In this document: piece by piece, positions 1 to 12,000 of the stretch | How positions within the stretch are numbered: the first letter of the stretch is position 1 | Layout of the letters: the number at the start of each line of letters is the position of its first letter | Source: Okamejei kenojei | Lineage: Eukaryota | Length of the DNA stretch: 64,000 nucleotides | Assembly (NCBI GenBank): GCA_035221665.1 | Contig: CM069159.1 | Coordinates: forward strand, 19,468,001 to 19,532,000 | Direction of reading: 5' to 3' | Position numbers and translations under genes: made by a program | Notes under the pieces: generated by a model | Told to the model about the DNA's origin: nothing | Database searches by the model: none | What the model saw: the letters and a program-made list of their open reading frames with translations, nothing else

Positions 1-196
1 TTAAATATAGCCAATGAACTGGCCTCAACCACCTTCTGTGGCAGAGAATTCCAGAGACTCACCACTCTCTGTGTGAAAAATGTTTTCCTCATCTCGGTCC
101 TAAAGGAATTCCCCCTTATCCTTAGACTGTGACCCCTTGTTCTGGACCTCCCCAACATCGGGAACAATCTTCCTGCATCTAGCCTGTCCAACCCCT
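1..196 (-). mobile_element. CR1-type LINE 3' fragment (runs off window start)
   Basis: Near-identical to 7985-8180 of the CR1 copy whose minus-strand ORF reads ...RTRGHSLRIRG..FRTEMR..FFTQRVV.LWNSLP. Confidence 0.85.
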
Positions 197-1696
197 TAAA
201 TGTGTGGGAATCGCTGGTCGGTGCGGACTCGGTGGGCCAAAATGCCTGTTTCCTCTAAACTAAACTCCAACTTTTCCCTCGGCATAACCGCTCGCCTGGT
301 GGAACTGTTGCAATGATTACTTGTCTTATTCACCAGTGAGTTAGTCTCTTTCAATGCATTCTCACGATGCTTCCTGTGCAAGGTGCTCCTTCTGTGGCAG
401 GTGTGTTCTATATCTCCGTATGACCAAGACTCAAATGTACAGCGTTTTTGAAAGCTTGATTTTCTTTAATGGCCGATGGCCCTGCAAAACGATTTCCCAG
501 AAATGATCTCAAACTTGAATTGCAAATTAAAATCTTGGAATGGTTCCAATAGGAGTGAATGATGCTTATATTAAATCATAGATGGAAGGAGACGGTACTA
601 AAGTCAGGCTGGCAATGTCAAATTGTGTTTCCTTTGTACGATTTTTTTTTAATGCTTTACAGCAAGAAGTGCTGATGTGGTCGATTTCACCATATTTTGC
701 ATTGTACATATTTGAGTCCCGTATTGTGCAACGTGGCACATTGTGACTACCACATTTACTGTTATCCAGTTGTGTGATTCAGCTCCCATCTCTTGTCATC
801 GTTGTACTGTTGCTCCCTCTGTCTGGAACTAATTACCCTCACAATGCCAGTTTGGTGCCGCAACCTTTCAAATTCTTCAAAGGTTTTTATTCCAAGATTA
901 TAACCCCAGGTTAGAGCTATGATCTTTTGAACCACTTAGTTTCCTGCCTGTTTGTGAACAAGAAAAAGTGGACTGGCTAATCTTATCTGGCCTTCTACAA
1001 GTTGCATCTTTTAGTCAAGTAACGGATTACAGTCCTGTGTTGTATAGTTGTTCTGCTGTCTTTTTACTATGTTATTCTTTTGTTTCTTTTATAAAGCACT
1101 ATGAATTGCTGCTTGTATGAATGGTGCTATATAAATAAATTTGCCTTGCCTTGCCTTACAGCCACAAATCAGGGTTGAATGAACAAAATAATAGTGCTGT
1201 AGAAATAAAGAAATGCAGATGCTGGCTAATACCCAAAAGGGCACAATGTACCGGAGTAACACATTGGGCAGGTTGTATCTTTGGAGAACATGGATAGGCG
1301 ACATTTCAGGTCACGACCCTTCTAAGCAGCACTTTTGAGTATCAACCAGCGTCTGCAGTTCTTTACTTCCATATTTTCAATACACATTTTGCTGCAACTT
1401 TGGATTCAAGTTCACGTATTCCATCAAGTTCCCATTGCACCCCAATCCCTCCCCCATTTCATCTTCTGTATTTTTACCCTTCCACCGTTCTCTTCTAATC
1501 TGGGAAAATAGCAAGAAATGACAGATTAACTGTAAATGTGGACAACTCAGAATCGAGCCTGTTGCAGTCAGCTATAGTGAAAGTGAAACATAATGCAAAA
1601 CTGTGATTAAATTAGTTGCATTTTGGTTGTGGGAATTAATTATTTGAAAGTGAATTTTGCAGTGGTTGTATTTATGAAAATACTGCAGGAGAATTA

Positions 1697-2322
1697 TGGG
1701 CAGTGCAGTGGTAGAGTTGCTGCCTCACAGCACCAGAGACCCGGGTTGGATGCTGACTACAGGTGCTGGCTGTACAGAGTTCGTAAATTCTCTCCGTGAC
1801 CTGTGTGGGTTTTCTCCTGGTACTCCGGTTTCCTCCTACAGGTTTGTAGGTTAATTGCCTTCGTTAAAATTGTAAATTGTCCCTAGTGTATGTAGTATAG
1901 TGTTAGTATGCGGGGATAACCGATGTTGGAGAAGTCCAGAACAAGGGGTCACAGTTTAAGGATAAGGGGGAAGTCTTTTAGGATCGAGATGAGAAAATCA
2001 TTTTTCACACAGAGAGTGGTGAATCTGTGGAATTATCTGCCACAGAAGGTAGTTGAGGCCAGTTGATTGGCTATATTTAAGAGGGAGTTAGATGTGGTCC
2101 TTGTGGCTAAAGGGATCAGGGGGTATGGGGAGAAGGCAGGTACAGGATACTGAGTTGGATGATCAGCCATGATCATATTGAATGTTGGTGCAGGCTTGAA
2201 GGGCCGAATGGCCTACTCCTGCACCTATTTTCTATGTTTCTATGTTTCTCTGATAACTAATCGGTGCGGACTCAGTGGGCTGAAGGGCCTGTTTCCGCGC
2301 AGTATCTCTAAACTAAACTAAA
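1697..2322 (+). mobile_element. tRNA-derived SINE (HE1-like) interrupted by a CR1 3' fragment (~1921-2251)
   Basis: A/B-box-like head (GCAGTGGTAGAGTTGCTGCCTCACAGCACCAGAGACCCGGGTT), (CTAAA)n tail, and GATAAC repeated on both sides of the nested CR1 piece. Related copies at ~11650-11820(-), ~27210-27480 and ~40250-40556. Confidence 0.75.
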
Positions 2323-2630
2323 CAATTCTAAAAATACTCAGCAGATCAGAGTGTAACTGGAGAGAGAATGAAACAGACTTAATATTTTGGAACAATTGTT
2401 AGATGACCTTTCATTCTGGACACACATGCAACCCAACCTGACAGTGCATGTGGCACTGAAAATGTGTTGATGCACCGTTGATGATGATGATTGGATTCTG
2501 ACTGCACACTGAACGTTGTTCATTTTACTTTTTTAATACTGATCCTCCTTGCATTGTTAATTAATATTCTGGAATTTAAGGTGCTTGATGCACAGTTATT
2601 TCTACGCTGAACCTTTTCTCTATCCTGCAG

Positions 2631-2731
2631 AATTGCGAAAGGATGCGAGTCGACCTCCTGCCGTGAGCTCGTAGTTGTCCGCTCGCTCAAAAGTCAGGTC
2701 AGGACTTTGCCCGATTGGTGTGCATCCAACA
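2631..2731 (+). other. Candidate 5' (probably non-coding) exon of the plus-strand IgSF gene
   Basis: Strong acceptor (ccttttctctatcctgcag) and donor (CA|GTAAGT); contains a short uORF, ATG-RVDLLP-TGA. No transcript evidence. Confidence 0.4.
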
Positions 2732-2877
2732 GTAAGTAAGTTAGCTTTTGTGGAGATATTTCAAAATAACAAAGCAAAGAGTTGAGGCAATGAAGAAATG
2801 AAAATACTGGAAAAATGTGGCTTTTTTTATAATTTTGCTATCCAAACTTTAGACTAAATGTTGAAAGAATACCAAAT

Positions 2878-3730
2878 CATGGTTGCTATGCACAAGAATC
2901 GCTTGGATTATTTCTCCCGTTTCATCTTAGTTGCACAAAGTGACCTTATAACCCACTTTTTCTAAAGCATGTGAGAACTCAAATCCATCTTAGCTGATCA
3001 CAGCAAGAAATGCTGCTCCATTTTCCTAATTGGTTGTATGAAACAGGAATTGGGTGCATACATTTTGCAATCTGCCCAAAGCACAATTTTTAACTTCAAG
3101 ATTTGGGCTAATAATAACTGACGGACATAAAATTCCAACTTTCATTCCTTATACATTAGTTGGTTAGATCAAGACATAAATGAAATATGTTTAAGAAGGA
3201 ACTGCAGATGCTGGAAAATAGAAGGTAGACAAAAACCTGGAGAAACTCAGTGGCTGAGGCAGCATCTATGGAGTGAAGGAAATAGGCAACGTTTCAGGTC
3301 GAAACCCTTCTTCAGATTGAGATGAAATATGGGTATTTTCAAAACGCTGAATATATTTTCTTTTTGTATTTGTTTTTAAACAGGCATTAAACATTTAAAA
3401 GTCACCCTGATATCCGGCAAACAGGGATCGCTGAAGTGTCCCCACTCATTAAAGATCACAGATAAAAATTATATTTTGTACTGGAATAAAGAAGCTAAAA
3501 CAATTTGCTATGAGAATTTCAATGAGAAAGCTGGTGTACAAGGGTGTACTGGATTTCAACTTCTCGTAAAGGAAGAAGAAATTACCTTAACTATTGCAGA
3601 AGTGAAATACTCAGATTCTGGAAACCACACTGGCTACTTGTACACAAAAGATGAACATTTTGAATGCAAAGTAAACTTGCTTGCAAGACAAGGTAGGTGT
3701 TTTAAAAATTGGTGTGGCTTTGAGGTACTT
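2878..3730 (+). repeat. Local ~850-bp segmental duplication (partner ~8910-9758) carrying an IgV exon plus upstream intron
   Basis: Direct by-eye alignment gives roughly 97% identity; both copies include the same repeat insertion in the intron. Confidence 0.95.
3384..3692 (+). pseudogene. Leaderless duplicate IgV exon (open 309-nt phase-1/phase-1 exon)
   Basis: ttttaaacag|GCATT...CAAG|gtaggt. Encodes IKHLKVTLISGKQGSLKCPHS...YWNK...TICY...GCTGFQLL...DSGNHTGYLY...FECKVNLLARQ. It lies upstream of the only signal-peptide exon found. Confidence 0.7.
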
Positions 3731-3899
3731 CCAGTTTTGGTGTCTTCAGCAAACTTGCTCACCAACCCATCTACATTTACGTCCAAGTCATTTATATGTC
3801 TCGCAAACTACAGAGATCCCAGCGGAACTCCACTGATCACAGACGTCCAGCCAGAATATCTACCTTTCACCACAACCCTCTAACTGCTATGAATAAACT

Positions 3900-4960
3900 A
3901 GTTCTGATTCCATACGACCAAGTCATCATGAATCCCATACATCTTAATCTTCTGGATCAGAAGTATAATGCAACAGTTTAGAGGAAAAAGTCTAATGTCC
4001 ACAATGAGAAAGGTTGGAGATTGTATCCTAGCTTATGGAAGCACAATTCAAAAGGCTGATAAAAGAGGTGAATAATTTCTTGAGTCTAATGGTGTGTGCT
4101 TTTAAGTTTCATAACTTCTGCCAATTGGAAGTGGTGAGAAGAAGAAATGACCGAGGTAGAAAAGATCCTTTATTATGTTGGCTGCTTTCTCAACGCAGTG
4201 AAATGTAGATGGAGTTAATGGTGGGAAGTCTGATCTGTGTGATGGTCTGAGCTACATCTTCATAACTTCAATATCTTGTGTACTTGGGTAGAGCTATTCC
4301 TAAAGCAAGCTGTGGTGCAACCCAACAGTATGCATTTGTAGATCTGCAGAAGTATGCAAGGGTCGTTGGAGATGTGCCAAATTCCGCAGTCGCCTAAGGA
4401 AGTAGAAACGCTGATGTGCATTTTATACTGTGGCTTCAATGTGGGTTATTCCACAACAGATTGTTGATAATATTTACGTCTAGAAACTCAACCATTTCCA
4501 CTTTGGCACCATTGATGCTGATTGGGAAATGTATTCCACCACAGTTCCTGAAATCGATAACTATCAACTTGGTTTTGTTGAGGGAGAGGATATTGTCTTG
4601 ACACCATGTTACTAAGCTCTCTATCTTATCATTGCTCGTGATTGCTCGGTAACTCTGCAGTGGTGTCATCTGTAAACTTGTAGATGGAGTTAGAGCCGAA
4701 TTTGGGCGCACAGTCGCGCGCGTGTGTATGTATGGAGAATATAGTAGGGGAATGAGAAGGCATCCTTGCAGGGTACCGATGCTGAGCATTATTGTGTTGC
4801 TGCGTATCATCACTGATTGTGGTCTATGGGTCTGAAAGTAATCGCCCAGTGGCAAAGTTGGGTGATAATTCCTAGGTCCAGGTGTTTGTAGATTAGTTTG
4901 AATGGGTTTATGGTGTTGAAGGCAGAGCTGTAGTCAATAAATAGGAGTCTAATTTTGGTG
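3900..4960 (-). mobile_element. Degenerate L2/Rex-Babar-like LINE RT fragment
   Basis: Minus-strand ORFs contain RLLFIDYSSAFNTI, GTLQGCLLIPLLYS and WCQDNILSLNKTK RT motifs. Confidence 0.75.
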
Positions 4961-5129
4961 TACCAGAGAAATAAGGGGAGAGGGGCATACAGAGATAAGG
5001 AAGTGTAAGGTGTGAAAAGGAGACAGAGGATAGAGTTCAAGGAACATAGAAAAGAGACCCTTGATATCACCTTTGTCTCATTTTTACATTTTACACTTCC
5101 TTATCTATATATATCTCCCCCTCCTCTGA

Positions 5130-5770
5130 TAACCATATAATATAACCATATAACAATTACAGCACGGAAACAGGCCCTCTCAGCCCTTCCAGTCCGTGCC
5201 GACCATTTGTTTTCCCCTAGTCCCATCTACCTGCACTCAGACCATACCCCTCCATTCCCTTCACGTCCATATACCTATCCACTTTACTCTTAAATGTTAA
5301 AATCGATCCTGCCTCCACCACTTCTGCTGGAAGCTCATTCCACACAGCCACCACCCTCTGAGTAAAGAAGTTCCCCCTCACGTTACCCCGAAACCTCTGT
5401 CCCTTAATTCTCATGTCATGCCCTCTTGTTTGAATCTTCCCTACCCTCAATGGGAAAAAAGTTATCCACGTCAACTCTGTCTATCCCTTTCATCATTTTA
5501 AAGACCTCAATCAAGTCCCCCCTTAACCTTCTGCGCTCCAAAGAATAAAGACCTAACTTGTTCAACCTTTCTCTGTAACATAGTTGCTGGAACCCTGGCA
5601 ACATTCTTGTAAATCTCCTCTGTACTCTCTCTATTTTGTTGACATCCTTCCTATAACTAGGCGACCAAAATTGTACACCATACTCCAGAATTGGTCTTAC
5701 CAATGCCTTGTACAATTTTAACATTACTTCCCTACTCCTATATTCAATGCTCTGATTTATAAAGGCCAGC
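5130..5770 (-). mobile_element. CR1 LINE 3' end
   Basis: ORFs LYKALVRPILEYGVQFWSP...IERVQRRFTRMLPG and FFTQRVVAVWNELP, followed by a short tandem-repeat tail. Confidence 0.9.
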
Positions 5771-5798
5771 CTGAAGAAGGGTCTCGACCTGAAACGTC
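5771..5798 (+). ncRNA. Minimal type-I hammerhead-ribozyme-like motif in a Penelope-type short repeat (best representative copy)
   Basis: CTGAAGA-A-GGGTC TC GACCT-GAAAC-GTC matches the CUGANGA / stem II / GAAA / NUH core. Confidence 0.6.
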
Positions 5799-6016
5799 GC
5801 CCATTTCTTCTATTCAGAGATGCTGCCTGTCCTGCTGAGTTAGTCCAGCATTTTGTGCCTATCTACAGTTTAAACCAGCATCTGCAGTTCCTTCCTACAC
5901 ATTGTTCCCACATTGTTGATTGTTGAATTTCAGCCACTGTGTTACAGAATATAGAACGGGAAGGATGCATTTTTTCATTGTTTAACCATTCCCTTTCTTT
6001 GCAGATTTCCACAGAA

Positions 6017-6083
6017 ATGGGTGGATTACCAAGCATCATCCATGTTATCTTATTAACATTCGTACTGGAAGCAAATTCTGAGA
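6017..6083 (+). CDS. Signal-peptide exon MGGLPSIIHVILLTFVLEANSE
   Basis: Acceptor ccctttctttgcag ends at 6004, Kozak-like gaaATGG, hydrophobic core, phase-1 donor GA|GTAAGT. Confidence 0.85.
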
Positions 6084-9000
6084 GTAAGTACTGAATTGAT
6101 GCAACCGATGAAACAAAGTGGACAGATAAATATACAGTTATGAGGCCGTGGATACAAGATACCACAGATGTTGATTTACCAAGGAAAGGCACCCAATGCT
6201 GGATTAACTCAGTGGGTCGGGGAACGGCCATGGAGAAGATGGATAAGTGCCCTTCTGGGTTGAGACCCTTCTTCCGACTCATCGCGTATCCATGTTCTCC
6301 AGGGAACCTGCCATTTGCTGAGCTATTCGAGCATTTTGTGTCTTTCCTCAGTTATGAGGCTGGCTGCTTGCTTACTCAACATATCTTTGCTGTGTCAAAA
6401 TTCTAGTTAAATCCTTATTTATAAAGAATCCATTAAATGAGGAAGCAACACAAACAATATCTAATGTTTCCCTAGCTGCGCAGCAGCTTGGCTTGCCTCT
6501 GGTCAGTTACCATGGTTTGGAATTCCCCTCCTCATATCATCTAAATTAGCGCTTCAATGCACGAGATGCTAGATTTCAGCTCTGAATCACTGAACCTGCA
6601 CCATGACAACAGATTAAATTTGCTCTTTGATGTTAGGAGCAAACCGTACTAAATTTTCCAGCTTTGGAGCAGTTGCAGGATTTCAAATGAGTAGTGAAAT
6701 TGTTTTAAGATGCGTGGAAGGCCACAGTAGGGCAGCTGTAAGCACAAAATCTTACCTGGATAATTTAAAATAAAATACCCGTTGCGATCCAATGCTATTG
6801 TTGCAATGATCACAAGAGGAGTATTCCAATGAGATTGTTTCTCACAGTTTCTATGCCCACAATATCATCTGCGTCAATGCAATTTAATATTTTCTTTTGG
6901 TGAATCTGTCCCTGTATATTTGGGTAGAATTATTTTTTTATATTATAATTATGATAAATAGTACGTTGGATAACAATGCAATTATAGTTGCAAATGGGTT
7001 ATTTCAGTGCAAGATGTTAATGTAACGATATTTGATATTTTAGAAAATTATTATTTGCCATTGCTAAATGAAGGATGTTATTGTGGTATAATTAAAAAAA
7101 ATCTCTCAGGAGATATATCGGAAAACACAACATTTCTATTGTAGGTTTCAAAGGGAGAACTTTGAATTTGTTGGGTTCCTGGAATATGCTCAGTTTACAA
7201 ATTATTTAAACGATGGGAACTTGGTTACACTTACCAACATGCAATTATTTAATTTGCTATTTGTGGGAACAGAAGAACATATGCAAAATAGATTTTAAAA
7301 TAATTGAGTAGAAATTTGAAATGAAAGTCAAAGGAACAGAATTATTGGAACAGCGTTCTTTGCAAATATGTTCCAGTTTGCACATTTTACATGTACAAGA
7401 GAGGGCAGTTTTCTATCCCAATCTGTTGAAGTTAAATTATTTTAAACCTCATTGTTGTGTTTGGCATACGTGAGAGAATGGATTGCTTCCAGTTCTATTT
7501 TCTCGCAGTTCCATCCAAACGATTTTATACCATGTTCAATGCAGAGTGAAGTCCAACAAAATGACGCAGGCTCAGCATTGAAAACTGTCAGAGATTTTTC
7601 CTGGAATAAATGTCGGCACAATTTGGCAATAACTTATTTGCAAGGAACTTTGCTCCAGTAATTCACTTCCATTGGCTCCCATTCAAAATTTTAAATGTGT
7701 TTATATTTCAGTATGTGGTTGACTTGAATCTAGTTCTAATCATTCTTTTAATTATAACTTTTTCACGACAAAACCCAGCTCCTCTGTTGTCTGGCTGTTC
7801 TATCTCTCTCACCCTTTTTCATAGAATCATAGAAAATAGGTGCAGGAGTAGGCCATTCGGCCCTTCGAGCCTGCACTGCTATTCAATATGATCATGGCTG
7901 ATCATCCAACTCGGTATCCTGTACCTGCCTTCTCTCCATACCCCCTGATCCCTTTAGCCACAAGGGCCACATCTAACTCCCTCTTAAATATAGCCAATGA
8001 ACTGGCCTCAACTACCTTCTGTGGCAGAGAATTCCACAGACTCACCACTCTCTGTGTGAAAAAATATCTTCTCATCTCGGTCCTAAAAGACTCCCCCCTT
8101 ATCCTTAAACTGTGACCCCTTGTTCTGGAGTTCCCCAACATCGGGACCAATCCTCCTGCATCTAGCCTGTCCAACCACTTAAGAATTTTGTAAGTCTCTA
8201 TAAGATCCCCCCTCAATCTCCTAAATTCCAGCGAGTACAAGCCGAGTCTATCCAGTCTTTCTTCATATGAAAGTCCTGCCATCCCAGGAATCAGTCTGGT
8301 GAACCTTCTCTGTACTCCCTCTATGGCAAGAATGTCTTTCCTCAGATTAGGAGACCAAAACTGTACGCAATACTCCAGGTGTGGCCTCACCAAGGCCCTG
8401 TACAACTGCAGTGGAACCTCCCTGCTCTTGTACTCAAATCCGTTTGCTATGAATGCAAACATACCATTCGCTTTCTTCACAGCCTGTTGCACCTGCATGC
8501 CTACTTTCAATGACTGGTGTACCATGACACCCAGGTCTCGTTGCATCCTTTTGCATCCTTCCTTGTGCCCTCTCTCACTTCTCACCTTCTATCATTCCTC
8601 CAAGCTCTCTTGTCATTCTCCTCCTCATCCCTCTCTCCCTCTCCCTCCCCGCTTGCTCTCGCTGGCTAGCTTTCTCCCGGCCTACCCAGTTCTTTCATTT
8701 TTTCAAACCTCTAGAAATTGCTGAGCATTTGATTAAAGTGACGGAAGTTCAGTGTGTGACCAGCCACAATTAACATACCTTAATCAATTCAATTACATGA
8801 TTTGACGTCACAGGATTTGACCTCATGTTGTTCTAAATTGTATGATAAATGTAAGCACACACTAAAACATTGCTGTACTGGAGACATAGTTTTGTCCAAG
8901 GTATAAAGCCATGATTGCTATGCACAAGAATTGCTTGGATTATTTCTCCTGTCTCATCTTAGTTGCACAAAGTGACCTTATAACCCACTTTTTCTAAAGC

Positions 9001-12000
9001 ATGTGAGAACTCAAATCCATCTTAGCTGAACACAGCAAGAAATTCTGCTCCATTTTCCTAATTGGTTGTATGAAACAGGAATTGGGTGCATACATTTTGC
9101 AATCTGCCCAAAGCACAATTTTTAACTTCAAGATTTGGGCTAATAATAACTGACGGACATAAAATTCCAACTTTCATTCCTTATACATTAGTTGGTTAGA
9201 TCAAGACATAAATGAAATATGTTTAAGAAGGAACTGCAGATGCTGGAAAATCGAAGGTAGACAAAAACCTGGAGAAATTCAGTGGCTGAGGCAGCATCTA
9301 TGGAGTGAGGAAATAGGCAACGTTTCAGGTCGAAACCCTTCTTCAGATTGAGATGAAATATGGGTGTTTCAAAATGCTGAATATTTCCTTTTTGTATTTG
9401 TTTTTAAACAGGCATTAAACATTTAAAAGCCACCCTGGTATCCGGCAAACGGGGATCGCTGAAGTGTCCCCACTCATTAAAGATCACAGATAAAAATTAT
9501 ATTTCGTACTGGAATAAAGAAGCTAAAACAATTTGCTATGAGAATCTCAATGAGAAACCTGGTGTACAAGGGTGTACTGGATTTCAACTTCTCGTAAAGG
9601 AAGAAGAAATTACCTTAACTATTGCAGAAGTGAAATACTCAGATTCTGGAAACTACACTGGCTACTTGTACACAAAAGATGAACATTTTGAATGCAAAGT
9701 AAACTTGCTTGTAAGACAAGGTAGGTGTTTTAAAAATTGGTGTGGCTTTGAGGTACTTTCAAGTCAAATATTATGACAAAATCAATTCATAGCTTGGGAT
9801 TTATTTATTGTGACAGTAAATCCATTGTATGTGTCATCTATGCATTGGCTGGAGGAAAGCTGGATTCCAGGACTGAAAAGTTTGTGCTGATGTTTCCTCA
9901 GAGTTGCAGACCAACTTGTTGCCAAGCTTCACTTGAGTAACATAGCATAAGCTAGAATGACAGTGATGTTTCTGTTCTCTAAATATGTAACATGGGAGCA
10001 CAGAGGGTACCGTTGCTGCTTTGCAATATCGATCGTGACCTATAGCATGGAAGAGTACAGCACAAGAATAGGCTATTCAACCCACAATGTCTGCCGAACA
10101 TGATGCCAAGGCCATTTCTTATCTACCTACACATGATCTATATCCCTCCATTCACTGCATATCTACATGACTATCCAAAAGTCTATTAAATGCCACTAAC
10201 GAACATCTGCCTCAACCGCCAATCCCAGCAGTGCACTCCAGGTACTCACCACCCTCTGTGTAAAGACAATAAACGTGCCCCACACATCTCCTTTAAACTT
10301 TGCCCCTCTTACCATAAAGATGCGTTCTCTAGTATTTGATTTTTCCATCTTGGGGAAAAGATTTCTAGCTGCATTGCGATGTGCTATGTATAACTTCATA
10401 GCTATGCCCTCTAGTGTTGGGCATTTCCACCTGGTGGGGGTGTGGGGGGAGGTTCTGACTGTCTTCTCGATTTTTGCCTCTCATCATTTTATATACTAAT
10501 GTTAGTTCTCCTCGCAACCTCCGGTGTTCCAGAGAAAACAATCCAAGTCTGTCCAGTCTTAGTCCCCTGTAGCTAATGCTGCCTAATCCAGGCATCGTTC
10601 AGGTAAACCTTCTAAGCCCTCCACATCCTTCTTTTAATGGGGCAACTAAAACTGCAGTCTATACTCCAAATGCACCTAACTAAAGCCATACAAAGCTGCA
10701 TCGTGACTTCCTGGCTGTTGTACTCAAGGGTATAACCTCTGGCACCAACTCTGTGGCATTTCAATCTCTCACTGTATGGCCTTTCCCCAAGTGCTTGAGT
10801 TTTCTGGGCAGCTCAAAGATGTGCTGGAGAGTCAATTGGCCACTTTAAATTTCTGCTGGTCTAGGGGAGAAGTAGTAGTGGCAGTGAGGAGGGAAAACGC
10901 ATCAGAGAGAGAACAGACTTCAGGGAAACAAGTAGAGGAAATGGAACCAACAGGATTTCTGGCTGCTATTGACTTGATGTGCTGAAAGTCCCCTGTATTG
11001 TAAGGAAGTTTAGTTCAATTTCAGCTTACCCATTCTTACACAGCTGTTTAGAGATACAGCATGGCAACAGGCCCTTTAGCCCACCGAGTCTATGCCGACG
11101 ATCGATCACCCGATCACGCTAGTTCATAAGTTCATCTGTTGTAGGAGCAGAATTAGGCCATTCGGCCCATCAAGCATACTCTGCCATTCAATCATGGATG
11201 ATCTATCTTTCCCTCTCAACCCCATTTTCCTGCCTCCATAGCCCCTGACATCCGTACTAATCAACAATCTGTCAATTTCCACCTTAGAAATCTCCATTGT
11301 TGGCATGCACAGCCTTCTGAGGCAATAAATTCCATCGATTCACCACACACTGACTAAAGAAATTCCTCCTCATCTCCTTTCAAAGGTTATGTAAACTCTC
11401 CCAATAGTGGAAACATCCTCTCTACATCCACTCTATCCAGGCTTTTCACTATTTGGTAAGTTTCAATGAGGTTCCCAATCATCTAAACTCCAGCTTGTAC
11501 AGGCCCACTGCCATCAAACACTGATCGCATGTTGACCCAATCATTCCTGGGATCATTCTCGAAATCCACTTCTGGACCCTTTCCAGCGCCAGCACATCTT
11601 TCCACAGATATGGTGCCCATATATCTATGTTCTATGTTATCCCACTAGTTCTATGTTATCCCACTTTCTCATCCACTCTCTACACACAAGGGAGACACCC
11701 AACCGGACGAAACCCACACGGTCACGGGGAGAGTGTGTAAGCTCCACACTGACAATACCCAAGTCAGGATTGAACCCAGGTCTCTGGTGCTATGAAGCGG
11801 CAGCTCTATCAGCTTCGCCCAGTTTAAAAATAAATCTGCAGCAGCCAAAGTAGTGAGTGATTACAGAGTTAAATATAATACATTGAACTTTGTTTACAGA
11901 AGGATGTTTCTCGTGAAACTCAAGTAGAAATCAGCTGATATTCATGTGAATGTGACTGTACAGTCAGTGAGACCACAGGGGGTGGGGGAGGGGAGGTGAT

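Noticed and set aside
3693-3883. C-terminal extension of ORF 3476-3883
   Set aside because: Read-through past the GTAGGT donor into intron and a reverse LINE fragment; not part of the Ig domain.
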